Part shown: positions 39,836-53,920 of the stretch, one piece after another
Layout: every line of letters begins with the position of its first letter
How positions within the stretch are numbered: the stretch's first letter is position 1
Assembly (NCBI RefSeq): GCF_963676685.1
Contig: NC_092347.1
Location: 61,814,001-61,878,000 of the forward strand
Source of the DNA: Mytilus edulis
Taxonomy: Eukaryota
Length of the DNA stretch: 64,000 bases
Direction of reading: 5' to 3'
Translations under genes and position numbers: made by a program
Notes under the pieces: model-generated
The model's input: the letters and a program-made list of their open reading frames with translations, nothing else
Told to the model about the DNA's origin: nothing
The model's database searches: none

Positions 39836-42800
39836 ATGGCAAAAAGAATCAACCAAGAATCATTTGATGATGTTGTCAAAGAAAATATGGGAGAGTTTGG
39901 AATGGAGGCACAAGAGGCTATTGATGATGCAGTACAGCAGTTTGAATCACAAGTATGGGCTTATTGATACAGTGTTCATGACCTCTAGATGACTTTTGTA
40001 TTTTGAATCATTAGGTTGCTATTTTCAAATATTTTCTCATTCTGATTCATCTGTTTACATCAATGTATATTTGCTCTAAAATACTAGGTTTGAGATATTT
40101 TCATAAAGTCAACTATACATGTATTAAGTGTAGACTTTTTCTTTTGAGGCTTGAAAACAAAATAAACCAACAACAGGTTTCTCACTGAAATCATAATTTT
40201 TGTCCAGCCTGCGTTGCAAAAAGGAAGACATATCGTAGCTATACTACATTCTGTCAATGGTGTTGTTGTTGGTGGCTTTAGCGGCGTCCACAAATAATTC
40301 ACTCTGTGGTTATTTTTTTTGAAATTTTAATAACTTTCTTAAACTATCCTGGATTTCTACCCAGAAGCTTGTTTATGGTCATAAGATAGTATCCAAAAGA
40401 AAATTTTGTAAAGAAAAATATCTTGTTTATCTGGATTTTACTTTATAAAATGGACTTAGTTTTTCTGTCAGTGAACATTACATTCACTCTGTTGTTAAAG
40501 TTCTTAAACTATCCTGGATTTCTACCCAGAAGCTTGTTTATGATCATATGTATCCAAAAGAAAATTTTGTAAAGAAAAATATCTTGTTTATCTGTATTTT
40601 ACTTTATAAAATGGACTTAGTTTTTCTGTCAGTGAACATTGCATTCACTCTGTTGTTAAAGTTTTTAAAATTTTAATAACTTTCTTGAAATATCCTGGAT
40701 TTCTACCAAACTTGGACAGAAGCTTGTTTATGATCAAAAGCTAGTATCTAAAAGGAAATTTTGTAAAAATTTATTTCCTGTTTATATATATACACCTGGA
40801 AAAAAGTATTGCAACACCAAATTAAAATTCAAATCATAAAAACACTTTTTATTTTTTTGTGATATAATTTGGTAAAATAGAATAAGTTAAACATTATTTA
40901 AGTATCACCTGAGTTTAATCAATAAATATCGACTCGATAAGTTCTTATTTGCACATGCAGCTACTGTATCCGTAAACAGCAAAACAGGTGTTTTAATCCT
41001 CATTGTTTTCACCACTTTAAATAACCAAGTTTTTGAAGTTATGTGATTGACACCTTGTAATGGGTCCTTGACCACTCTTAACTGCAGCAAGATGGCAGAT
41101 TATCAGCATGAGCGAAGCAGGGATGTCGCTGTAACAACTGCATGTATTGTTGGTCATCACCATTCCACTATAAGTCGTTTTGAGAAAAAAAAATCAGGCA
41201 ATAAACGATGTTAAAGACCTTCCGAGTTAAAGAAGACCCCCTATACCATTTGCCAGGGAAAATAAGGCATAATGAAGGTTGGTCAGAAGGAAACCCATTG
41301 CATACAATACAATCCTAAAAAGAGAGTGGTGGGTATACAGGAGCCTTTTAACTAGAACTATTTGAGATCGACTAATCGCTACTGGTTATCGTGCGATAAG
41401 ACCATTTCGGATACCTTTGCTTACGAACAGACACACAGTTTTCCGTATCCAATGTAGTGCAGAGCTCGCCAAAGTTGAAAATTAGCATCGTGGAGGAAGA
41501 TTCATTGTTCCTATAGAATTCGGTTCATCTTTCTTGGCCCGATCGTAGCCCGGATTTGAACCATATCGAGCATATATGGGACACTATTGGGCAAAAAGTG
41601 CGCGAAAGGACACCACAGTTCAAACACATCATGAAATAAACAATGCTCTTCATCAGAAATGGTTGCTGCTACCTTAGAAACAAATTAGGCGATTTATGGC
41701 AGGAATCAGAAGACTTTATGATGCGGTTATCCGTTTGAATGGAGGCTGCGCACAAAGTACTAAATCTTTGGCGTATAACGATCACTCATGATGTGAACAG
41801 TCATCGGAAGATTAATTTTAAAATGTCTGACATTGTAATGTTCGACTACAGTAATAGTTGTAAAATGCATTTTTTTGTACAAAAAACACTTCATTTTGTT
41901 ATCAAAACTGTGGTTATATAAATCTTTTTTTTTTAAACATTTTTTGTTCGTTAAAATGCCAATGTTATCATAAACTATGTTTCAATAATATTATACACAT
42001 ATTTTACTATATTTCATCCAAAAAAAGAGGTTGGTTTTTCAAGTTTTAAAAAATCAAGGTGTTGCAATACTTTTTTCCATGTGTATATATATGAATATTA
42101 CTTAAAAATGGACTTAGTTTTTCTTCCAGTTAACATTACATACAGTCTGCATTGAAAGATTTTAAAATGTTTATTAGATTCATAAACCATCCTTGATTTT
42201 TACCAAACTTGGACAGAAGCTTCGTACATGTACAATCAAAAGATAATGGAATTTTTTTTCTCTCCATAGACAACAGCAAAAGAAGGCAAGTCACTGGGTT
42301 CCGCGGAACCCTTACACATTTTTATTATCAAAAATAATGTATACATGTCAATGCAATTTCATGTACTCACGTACATAAAATTCTCCTAAATATTCAAACA
42401 AAATATTTCATTTTTTGATGGTACTTAAAACAGACATTATAAATATTAACAAATCAAATAGATTTAATAACAATTGGTAGGAAATTAATTAGGAAATTGT
42501 ATACAAAGTCAAACACATTGTTCTCTGTTTCAGGGGGTCAATTTGGCCAACATTGTAAAAGATGCCAGTCTCTTCAGTGAGAATGGGGAAAAAGTTGAGC
42601 ATCCAGTAATAACAGCAATTAACCAGTTGAAGATTTCAGTTGACAGCTCTGATAAAGGGGAGATAATCCAGATACTTAAGAAAATTAAGTCCGAATGTGA
42701 TGTGGATTTAGCCAAAAGATGTATGGCAGGAAATAATGATGCATATACAGTGCTACTCAATGCTGCTATAAAACATAAAAATGATAACGAACTTTTGGAA

Positions 42801-45800
42801 GAAATTCTTTCAGGGCTGATTTCCTTGACCAATGGTCAGCCAGATGTTTTGGATGAAGCTGGGTGTACATTTTTGGTAGAAAACTTGACAACCAAAGCAG
42901 ACGATAAAGACCTTTTAGTTACAAATCTGAAACTTATTAGAAATACATGTATCAAACATGAATCAAATAGACAATTATATGTTAAAAAGAAAATGATTAC
43001 TGAATTAGTAAATATATTAATTGAGAAGAAAAAAGAACCAGCCGTTGTTATAGAAGCATGTGGTTTATTGAGATGTCTAACATATGATGATGATGTGCGA
43101 GTGCCCTTTGGTTCAGCTCATGAACATGCCAAGATGATAGTCACAGAAGGAAACTGTCTGAAAATGTTACTTGAACTATCCCAAGGTAACGGTTTATTGA
43201 TACACTTGTAAATTTATAAATTTTGTATTAAAATGAAAATTATCAATTGATCTACAAAATATACATCTTATTATAAGGGTTGGAAGGATTTTTTTTTAGG
43301 ATTTGGGATTGATATGTTTAACTGCTGGAATTCAAGAAAATTCATTTTTCATCTTCATGAATTTAGAAATTTGGGATTTTATAGTATTGTGGTGTGGAAA
43401 TGGACACATTATTTTCACAGAAATTTGGGATTTGGCATTCATATTTTTTGGAATGTACATCCATAAAGAGACAAGCAAGAATATATGAACAAATAACACT
43501 GATTTACCACATGTTTTGAATTGAATTGAATAAGGAATCATTAAACATTTAAACATATGTTTGTTTTTCAGAATACTCTGATAATACAAGTGTTTTAAAG
43601 GAGTTATTTTCAACAATGAGTGTTGTAGTGGTTAGAGATGAGTTCTGCAAGGCTGTTATGGATATGGGTGGTTTGGACTTCATTTTAAAGGCTTTACAAA
43701 ATAATCTAGGAGAAAAGGTAATATTTATCATCTTACCTCAACATTTAACATTACTTTGGATTCATAATTTCAGTATTATTTGTGAGATACCAATTTTTCA
43801 TTGGTTTCGTGGGTACAAATTAACCACAAACTCAAATTTTTGTAGGCTTTGCATGCAAAACCATAAAATCAAATATTCAAAAAATGCAAGTTTTCTTCAA
43901 TCCACGGAAATTGATACATTGTATTCACAGAAAAAAATGAATCCACAGTATGCATGAAATAGTAATACATGTAGCTGCTAGCACATATATATAAGGAGAC
44001 ATGATGCGTTTATTGCCAATTCATCAGTGGTTGGCAAAATTTTTACGATTGATATACATTTTGTACTTGGGTAGGATTGCTACGGATGATTCAGACAACA
44101 AATGTAGGCATGTTATACACCATTGTAAAGATAAATCAATTTAGATTTATGATATAACTAGTTTTTAGTGGGGTTGACAGCCTTGAAAGCGGCATATAAC
44201 GGAATTTCGTCACCACCTGACATTGTTCTAAAATGCAAGTTAAGTACCCTGTGTTATATTAAGGTATATAGGAAATTTTTTTCTGAGACAAGTGCCTGTG
44301 ACTGCTAGTGTACAATGTAGGTGTACTGTATTACTGTTGCATACATTTTAAAGGATTGTATTAAGATTATTATTAGACAACTCTATTTGAAAAATATTTA
44401 TTATACATACATGTACAAGTTTTTAATAATTTATTAAAACATTTGGAACATGTTAAGTTTATACATGTAATTATATTAAACATGCATATATTTGAACCAA
44501 AAGATGTTTGTTTTAATTTATTTTTTGCATAAATGCTTGTAAAATTTCAAAACTATATTTTTGTTACCAGCCAATCTATAAATTTAGGCGAATGTATACA
44601 AGAAATCATTTGAATATAAAATGAAAATTTCATTCTTGCAGGGTATTGTGAAACAAGCACTTGGCTTAGTTAAAGCTTTAGCTGGTAATGATGATGTCAA
44701 GGTCGCTGCTGTTTCTAAAGGTGGTATTGAGTTAATCCTAGCTGCCATGACAAAACATCAAGCCAATGCTGCAGTAGCAGACCTTGGATGTGGAACCATT
44801 ACAAGAGTGGTACTGCGTAATCCTGCAAATTGTGCCAAGGTCATAGAATGTCAAGGTCATCAGGTCATTCTTCAGGCAATGAAAATACATGTAAAGGAAG
44901 AACTTGTTCAGGTATATTATTCAATATTATAATTATCTGCTCCAAGATTTTGAGATGTGTTTATTTTTCTCTCTCACTTAACAAAAGTAAAAAGAAGAAT
45001 AACAAAAAATATGAACTCCAACATACATTTATATATATAACTTCATAACAGAAAAGTCTCTTATGAAATTGCAAAATCAAAAGCTGAATCACATCAAACA
45101 AATGGAAAATACCTGACATATTCCTGACTTAGTTCAGGCATTTACTTGTGTAGAAAATGGTGGATAAAACTTGGTTTTATAGTTAGTTAAACCTCTAACT
45201 TGTATGACAGTTGCATAAAATTCCAGTTACAGATCATTCCAAGGAAAAATGTTCATTCATGAGTGATACATGTACCCATTTATTTCATCTGTTATTATCT
45301 AGTCTGACATTTAAAATAACTTCAGGAATATTTAAATAAAAATGAATATTGAAAAAAAGAGGCAGCATCAAACCTTCAATCTTATCAAAATTGTAGTGTG
45401 TGGTTTTTTTATGCCCCAACTACGATAGTAGAGGGGCATTATGTTTTCTGGTCTGTTCGTCCGTCCGTTCGTCCGTCTGTCCCACTTCAGGTTAAAGTTT
45501 TTGGTCAAGGTAGTTTTTGATGAAGTTGAAGTCCAATCAACTTGAAACTTAGTATACATGTGCCCTATGATATGATCTTTCTAATTTAAATGCCAAATTA
45601 GAGTTTTGACCCAAATTTTATGGTTCACTGAACATAGAAAATGATAGTGCTAATTTCAGGTTAAAGTTTTTGGTCAAGGTAGTTTTTGATAAAGTAGAAT
45701 TCCAATCAACTTAAAACTTAGTATACATGCTCCCTTTGATAAGATCATTCTAATTTTAATGCCAAATTAGAGAATTTATTCCAATTTAACGGTCCACTAA

Positions 45801-46965
45801 ACATAGAAAATGATAGTGCGAGTGGGGCATCCGTGTACTGGGGACACATTCTTGTTTTTAATAAAATTGAGAATTCTTGTTTTTAATAAAATTGAGAATG
45901 GAAATTGGGAATGTGTCAAAGAGAAAACCACCCGACTTAACTGCAGAAAGCAGCTGAAGGCCACCAATGGGTCTTCAACACAGCTATAAAATCCACACAA
46001 CTGAAGGCATGCTTCAGCTGGCCCTTAACAAATATGTGTAATCTTGCTAGTACCTGACCAGTCCATGTACATGTAGTGTTATCAATATCTATCTTTCCTA
46101 CATTCCAAAATCCAACAGATGTTTGAGCTTTTTCCTATTATGTCTGATGATGAGACTTATATTTATGTGAATACATCAAATTCCGTTCATTATAAGAATG
46201 TTAAGTTGTTGTTCAGGATTTACAGTACTTGACATATATGCATACTCAGTTTAATGAACTTAATTAATAAGTTCGTGCTCACTTATGCAGTATCAACATA
46301 TAAACACTTATGCAACATCTATATCAGTCCATCTACAAACTATAACCTTTAATGTTTAGAGAATAATGCTCTTTTAATGTCCCACCTGGGGGGCATTATG
46401 TTCTCTCTGTCTGTGTATCTGTTGGGTCTCTCGTTCATCCTTTTTCTGTCTGTCTGTCCTTCGATCCGTCTTTTCAGCTTCAAAGTTAAAGTTTTTGGTT
46501 GAGGTAGCTTTTCATGAAGTTGAATCTTATCAGTTTGAAACTTAGTACATATGTTCCCTATGATATAATCTTTCTACTTTTAATGCCAAATTCGAGTTTT
46601 GACTCCAATTTCACGGTACACTGAACATAGAAAATAGTGCCATTGAGGCATTGATGTACTATAGACACATTCTTGTTTAATTTTATAACAGCTAGCATTT
46701 AACTGAATACTGTTAATGAGTGATAATTTAATAATACTCTTTCCTTTTTCAGAAACAGGCATGCATGGCAATAAGAAATTTAGTGGCAAGGACAAGAGAA
46801 TATTGTGAACCAATCCTAGAATTAGGAGCTGAATCTTTGATTAACACGGCAAAAACTAATCATAAATCATGTACTGATGAAGCTAAAGCTGCCCTGAGAG
46901 ATTTAGGATGTCGAGTAGAATTGAATTGTCCGTGGAAAGGAGAAAATGTGCAAATAGCTTACTGA
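39836..46965 (+). CDS. ARMC6: Armadillo repeat-containing protein 6, 5 coding exons, 465 aa
   Basis: Exons 39836-39952 ([26 protein letters not shown]), 42534-43185 ([22 protein letters not shown]), 43572-43717, 44642-44911 (ALAGNDDVK) and 46753-46965 ([24 protein letters not shown]). All in phase, GT-AG. Confidence 0.95.
40200..42316 (+). mobile_element. Helentron/HINE-like element with ~160-190-bp tandem cores, interrupted by Tc1
   Basis: Repeated AACTATCCTGGATTTCTACC..AAATGGACTTAGTTTTT cores and 3' hairpin GGGTTCCGCGGAACCC. Same family on the minus strand at 57005-57910. Confidence 0.65.
40793..42083 (+). mobile_element. Decayed Tc1/mariner transposon
   Basis: 26-bp TIR CACCTGGAAAAAAGTATTGCAACACC, TA flanks, broken transposase remnants (HHSTISR; [16 protein letters not shown]). 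The central DDE region appears deleted. Confidence 0.88.
45408..45855 (+). mobile_element. HINE/DINE-like non-autonomous Helentron
   Basis: T-run, ATGCCCC subTIR + hairpin, (GTCC)n microsatellite, two ~170-bp cores, 3' GGGGCAT + short palindrome. Relatives at 46375-46676 and 58323-58480. Confidence 0.7.
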
Positions 46966-47285
46966 TATATATTACTAAAATTATTATCTATTATTTATTT
47001 TCAAATATCACTTATTAAAAATGAACAAACACTCAACTCCTGATAGTTTAGGAGATATTTGATGTGGAATTCTACATTTCTGTCATACATACAAACATAA
47101 ATATAATTATTGTCTAAATTGTTTTGTTTCATATTTTTAATGTCACTAACTTTTATAACTGACTATGTGTGTTTTCTCATTGTTGAAGGCCTTACAGTGA
47201 CCTATATATGTTTATAGCTAAAGTCTACTTCTGGGTGAGGAATTTTCTCGCTGTGTTGAGGACCTGTTGGTGGCCTTCTGCTTTT

Positions 47286-50270
47286 TTAGCTCACCTGTCC
47301 CGAAGGTTCCTTAGGGTATCTAATTTATAAATTGTATCCGAAGTTTTGATCTATCAACAAACATGGTCGCCATTGCTAAAAATAGAACATAGGGGTCAAA
47401 TGCAGTTTTTGGCTTATAACTCAAAAACCAAAGCATTTAGAGCAAATCTGACAGGGGTAATATTGTTTATCAGGTCAAGATCTATCTGCCCTGAAATTTT
47501 CAGATGAATCAGACAACCTGTTGTTGGGTTACTGCCCCTGAATTGGTAATTTTAAAGAAATTTTGCTGTTTTTGTTTATTATTTTGAATATAATTATAGA
47601 TAGAAATAAACTGTAAACAGCAATAATGTTCAGCAAAGTAAGATCTTCAATTAAGTCAAATTGACCAAAATTGTCAATTGACCACTTAAGGAGTTATTGC
47701 CCTTTAAAGACTTTTTTCACAATTTGTTCATCATGTTGACTTACTTTAAAAAATCTTCTCCTTTGAAACTGCTGTATCAATTTCAGCCAAACTTAGGCTA
47801 AATGAGTTTCAGAGTATCTAGTATAAATTTTATATTTTATTTCCTTGTATGTCAAGAAACATAGCTCCTATGACTAAAATAGAACATAGGAGAAAATGAT
47901 TATTTTTTTTGGCTTTTGAAGAAAATAGGACGATCCAAAAAACATTTAAATGAATTGAAAAGCCAAAATAATCATTGATGAGAGATTTAACCAAAAGAAT
48001 TAAGGTGAGCGATTCAGGCTCTTGAGAGCCTCTTGTTTGATATTCTTTGGGTGGGTTGTATCTTTAACACATTCCCCATTTCCATGCTCTATTCTATATT
48101 ATATCCACATCATTTTAAACTCTGGTGGATATCTGTTTTATTGACAATCATACATCTCCTTATTTTTTTAGCTCACCTGACCTAAAAGGTCAATTGAGCT
48201 TTTCTCATGACTTGGCGTCCGTTGTCTGTTGTCCGTCGTCGTGAACTTATACAAAAATGGTCACCTCTGAAACTACTGGGCCAAATTTAACCAAACTTTA
48301 CTACAATCATCAATGGGGTTTCTAGTTCAAAAAATGTGTCCGGTGACCAGGCCAACCAACCAAGATGGCCACCATGGCTTAAAATAAACATATGAGTAAA
48401 ATGTAGATTTTGGCTTATATCTCTGAAACCAAAGTATAAAGAGCAACTGACATGGGGTACAATTGTTTATCAGGTCAAGATCTATCTGCCCTGATATTTT
48501 CAAATGAATTGGACAACCTGTTGTTGGGTTGCTGCCCTGGAATTGGGAATTTTAAGGAAATTTTGCCGATTTTGGTTATTATCTTGAATATTATTATAGA
48601 TAGAGATAAACTGTAAACAGCAATAATGTTCAGCAAAGTAAGATCTACAAATAAGTCAACATGACCAAAATGGTCAGTCAACCCCTTTAGGAGTAATTGC
48701 TCTTTATATTCATTTTAAAACAATTTTTATACAACCGCAAAAATTAAAACATTTTTGGTCGTATATTGGTATGACGTTGGCGTTGTCTGTGTCGTTGTCA
48801 TCCAAAGACGGATTGTTTCCGGATAATATCTTTTGAATAAGTAAAAAAAAATCAATAAAATTTTAACACAATGTTTATAACCACAAAAGAAAGCTTTGGA
48901 TTGATTTTGGGGGTTATGGTCCCAAAGGTTTAGGAATTAGGGGCTGAAAGGGGCCAAAAACAGCATTTTTCTAGTTTCGAGACAAAAAGTTGTGTATTAG
49001 TAATTCAATTGTTCTGGAATTGTATCACAATGTTTAATACCATAAGTAGAAGGTTGGGATTTATTTTAAGGGGTTATTGGGGAAACAGTCTGGGAATTAA
49101 GGACCAAAAAGGGGCCAAAAACAATTTAGTTTCAAGACAATAACTTGAGTGTGACTGTATGGATCTCTCTGACATTGTACCTGAAGTTTCCATATAACAC
49201 AGTAAAGGCTGATATTCAGTTTGGGTTAATTTTCCCGAATATGTAGGAATAAGGGCCAAAAAAAGAAGCATTTTTCTAGTTTACAGACAATAACTTGTGT
49301 TTAAGTGTTTACAAGAAGATTCACACTAAAGGAAGATTGGGATTGATTTTTGGGGTTATGGACTCAATAGTTTAAGAATTAGGGGCCAAAAGAGGGCCCA
49401 AAATAATCATTTTTGTAGTTTTCAAACAATAACTTATGTTTTAGTGAATGCATCTCTCTGAAATTAAACCACAAGTTACCATACCATGGAGGGATGATAA
49501 GTATTGACTTTGGGGGGTTATGGCTCAAAATGTTTCGGATTAAGGGACAAAAAAGGGAAAAAACTAGGTATTTCTGGTCAATGGACAATTAAGACAATTT
49601 AAAAGCAGTGTAAGGGAGGTAATTTTAAAACATTTAACATACAATGTAGGGTATGTTCTGATTTACCTCCCTTACACTACTTGTATATTATGTATAAAGA
49701 AATGTCAGGTTTTGGATTAATTGCAAAAGAAAGGGTAGTTGTTTTCAATTTTGTTTTTCTTCAAATTTCTCAAATTCCAAATTTTTGAAAGTTAAAAGAA
49801 GAAATCTTTAATTGCACAATATTGTGCAATAGATTTGTAAGATCTTGACATTTGTTTTGTGTCAGAAACTCATATTATGTCAAAAAAATTATCGCAATCC
49901 AATGGTAATTTTAAGGAAATTTTGCAGTTTTTGGTTATTATCTTGAATATTATTAAAGAGATAAACTGTAAACAGCAATAATGTTCAGCAAAGTAAGATC
50001 TTCAAATGTGTCAACATGATCAAAATTGTCAATTAAACTTTTAAGGAGCTGTTGCCCTTTAGAGTCAATTTTTTACAATTTTTCGTAATTTTTGTTAACT
50101 TTTAAAAATATCTTCTCCTTTGAAACTACTGAGAAAAAGTCCACAATCATCATTAGGGTATCGAGTTTAAAAAAATGACTTATGACCCCGCCTGCCAACT
50201 AACATGGTTGAGATGGCTAAAAATAGAACATAGGGGTAAAAATTCAGTTTTTTGGCTTATATCCCTGAAA
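47286..50270 (+). mobile_element. Cluster of nested HINE-like elements
   Basis: GCTCACCT..AGGTGAGC subTIRs with AGGCTC/GAGCCT hairpin (47286-48036); a second copy from 48169; a different family nested from ~48727. Confidence 0.65.
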
Positions 50271-51321
50271 CTAATAAATGCAAAAGTGTAATTGTTGCAT
50301 TATTTCATGCATCAATTGTAAATAAATATATCAGTTGAGAGACACGGGCTACTTGGAGCCTCTAGTTAAGATCTTTCACCACATTTATTTTGTGTCAGAA
50401 ACCTATATTATGTTAAAAATTTATCACAATCCAAATCTGACAGTTTCAAGCTTGAATATTGTGTCCAAACTTGCACCAACTGTTCAGGTTCGACCTCTGT
50501 GGGGCGAAAGATACCAGAGGGACAGTCAAACTCATAGATCGAAAAATAAACTGACGACGCCATGGCCAAAAAAGAAAAAGACAAACAATAACTATGCATC
50601 TATCCCATAGAACTTAAAATAAAGTTTCCCAAATTGTGAACTTTCCATGAGTTGTTTGTCCTTTATGCAATATCTGTTTCACAGATGACGACGATATGCT
50701 CCCATTATTGTCATTACCAAAATCAACTTCCTCGTATGTTGCCAATCGAATTAGACTTATCACCCGGTTTGTACTTTTATGAGTAAAACGGCATGTGCCA
50801 CCACATGTGGAGCAATATCTGCTCACATCTCTTGGGCACCTATAATCCCCTAGTTTTAATGGGATTCGTGTTGAACAGTCTTTAGTTATCTATGCTGTGT
50901 TTGTGTACCATTGTTTTTGTTTTACCATATGCATGCCATAGCCTTAAATACAGGAAGATGTGGTATGAGTCAGACTGTTTTTGAATAATGAGTGTGGATA
51001 TCGCTTTGACGGTATCTTTCTCCTTTCTTTTGAAAAAAAATGACTTTTAAACTGAACATATTGTAATAGTGTCAGATATTTTTTCACAATACCAGCAAAT
51101 TGGAAATTATACATCATGGCAATCTCTTACAATAGTCTTTGCGAGTCAAACAAATTAAAACGTTTAAAATATAGTTGTTTCCTTTAATATCTCAATAACA
51201 ATAATACGTGTATATAAATAACAAGAACAATTAAACACATTTTATATAAAACAAAGCACTGAAAGTTCTTTTATCACATAGTATTTATAGCACTAACATA
51301 ATCACCATTTACATAGCAATG

Positions 51322-52184
51322 TTAAAATCTCATCGCTTTTCTTGCATATCTTCGTTTTTTTCCAGCTGTCCATGACTTTGACTTGACTCTAAAATGGCGC
51401 AAATCGTCTGAGTGGTCTGAATGAAGCACTGGTCGATACCTCACTGGATCACATAGATCTGATTGTTCATTGAAGAATGCCTTGTAACCACTATCTAGTA
51501 AATAAATTTCTGGGAAGTTCAGCGATGGGTAGTTTACTTTATTGAGTTCCCTGTCTTTACTTCTGAGGAATCTTAACATTTTAGGACCTCTTTCGGACGA
51601 AAATTCACAGTGGAAAATGATTATCTGTTTGTTAGATGTAGGTTGACGAAGCAAACTTAAAATGGTCTCGTGTAAATACATATTTTCCGCTCCCCTTCAA
51701 ATTCATACAGATATCGGCAGTCGGTGATCTTGTAGTCACTAATGACGTCATTGTAGTGTCCATTAACAACATCAGCAAGTGTCTGCGGAGTGATGCTTTT
51801 CAAATCAGAATGCTTTCCAGTGACAGTTGGTAAAGAATGCAATCTACTTTCATCAGCAATGAAGTCGTCGTTTTCTGAAAGTTTGTTTACCGCAGATTTT
51901 ATATCGGTACAAACTTTTGGGCGTTTTGAACATCTATAGTTGTCTTCGTCTTCACGCTGTCTCTTTGTTGGTTTTTGTAAACCTGTTGTACATGTACCAT
52001 GCTCGTCCATACCGAGACCGGAATCCTCGTCATCATCAGGAAACGGACTTCGTTTGATGTTTGGAGTCATCAAAGACATAAAGTTATCAGCCATTACTGG
52101 AGTACAATCAAAACTCAGAGTAGATACAGAGTCTGGAAATGCATCAAATTCATCGTCTGTGTCGAATAATCTTTTTGAAAGCAT
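51322..52184 (-). pseudogene. CDC25: Intronless Cdc25 (M-phase inducer phosphatase) copy with a frameshifting deletion
   Basis: Two overlapping ORFs: DLKSITPQTLA..DCRYLYEFEG, then GAENMY..IIFHCEFSSERGP..YPSLNFPEIYLL..GYKAFF. The conserved GHI of EGGHIxGA is missing at ~51692-51695. No introns. Confidence 0.85.
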
Positions 52185-53920
52185 AGTTGTTGTTTCTCTA
52201 TAATCTGACTGTCTTGTATTTTTTTTTTTATTTATTTTTTTTTTTTTTTTTTTAGCACTCAGATTGTTGTTGACTTTATAGAAAAATAACGATCATATGT
52301 TAAACAATAGGACACAATTTAACAAAACAAAATATAAAAAGTAGCGGGTTATAACAGATTTGAGTTTTATAGTTTAGTTGTGATTACATATGACGTTACG
52401 CACGGTATTGCGTCGCAAGACGTAACATGTATAATTGACAAATGTGACGCCATACTAACTTTGACATTTTGTTATCAAGAGCGGAGAACCTACTCAATCG
52501 ATCTTTATCAAATAAATACAATAAGCTGAAGAAATGTTTCAAAATTTATCATGTATAAGGCAATTAAGTAAGGATCGTTTTTATTTTCTGATCTGTAATG
52601 AGATGAAAACAAATGCAAATTTTTCAATTTTATTTTGGATAGGATACATAGCAACCTTTAAAAAAATCTTGTTCCCGGAGGGACACATGAAAACAAAAAT
52701 ATAGCTAAACATTTTTTTGAAAAATTGAACATAAACACTTATGGTATTTATTTCATAAAATTCGGTCATATAATAATTCTGCAATATTTCTTTTTATAAG
52801 GATTTTAGTTGAAATGTTTTTTTTTAGATTGAACTCACTTTTGTCCAATATTTGTATGTGTGACTGTCTGTGCGAGTTTTCAGACTATTTCTCTATCTTT
52901 CTAGCACTGATGGTTTTATTTTACAAATAGGTATTTATTTAATTCTTTAAAAATTATAAGACCATTGTACCTCGGATTCTAATCGGTTTCTAATCTATAA
53001 GGGTGTTTTAGATTTGCGTAAAAACTTTTGTCCATAAGAAATTATCCCTCGGCCCATCCCCCCTTTTCCCCTATGTCTATAAACGGTTTATTCCTAATGT
53101 TGGTGTGTTTTTCTAATCTGGGTGTTATTTTAATTCTGTAGACCAATTTGGAATGACCATTTCCCGGCATTATTTTAACTGCCTAAACAGTTCGTAAATA
53201 GTGTGTATTTGTATAAAAGACGCCACTGTGCAGAAACGTCAAAATGACGCCCTTGGACATAATGGCTAGACATAGGGATGCTGCTTTCCGAAAAAAATTG
53301 TACGGTCATCATGTTTTTATCCATTTGTATGAACTTATAGTTTGTATCTTATAAATATGTTAATCTATGTAATTGTAGTACCTCCGAATATATTTATGGA
53401 CCCATTTCCCATGTTATATAAACAGGAGATCTTAACATCGTTCAAGACCGAGAGTTAAAATCATTCCTCAGTAAAGGACCTAAATATCGTCCCCCGTCAA
53501 TTATTAATTGGAATGAGTGTCGTAATATCATCCACGACTCACTCCATACTTACTGTATGAAATGGATAAAACGGGAAAAAGCTGACAAAAAATCTTTGGA
53601 CTCTTTTTTTTAATTCAGTAATGAAGATAGTTGATATACGTATTCAACATTTTAAAGAACATTTTACTATTAACAATAACCACAAAAAACCTATTTCTCG
53701 TATCAAACATAAACTAAAAGAACTAGCCAAGAAATTTGTTTTTGTCCCGGCCGAAAAAGCTGCTAATAATATTATTATTGTTTGACGTAAATTTTACATT
53801 GAGGTTCTGAAAAAAGAAATCACCAATTCACCAACATTCCAACTGACTCCATTTTCAGAAAACGACATCTGTAACAAACATAAACTTTTAGCTACCGCTT
53901 TACAAGCAGAGCCAAATACA

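Noticed and set aside
51680-51700. Programmed frameshift or micro-intron in Cdc25
   Set aside because: Conserved residues are missing rather than interrupted, so this is a deletion.
52219-52253. Poly(A) tail of the Cdc25 retrocopy
   Set aside because: It lies upstream, not downstream, of the Cdc25 reading frame.
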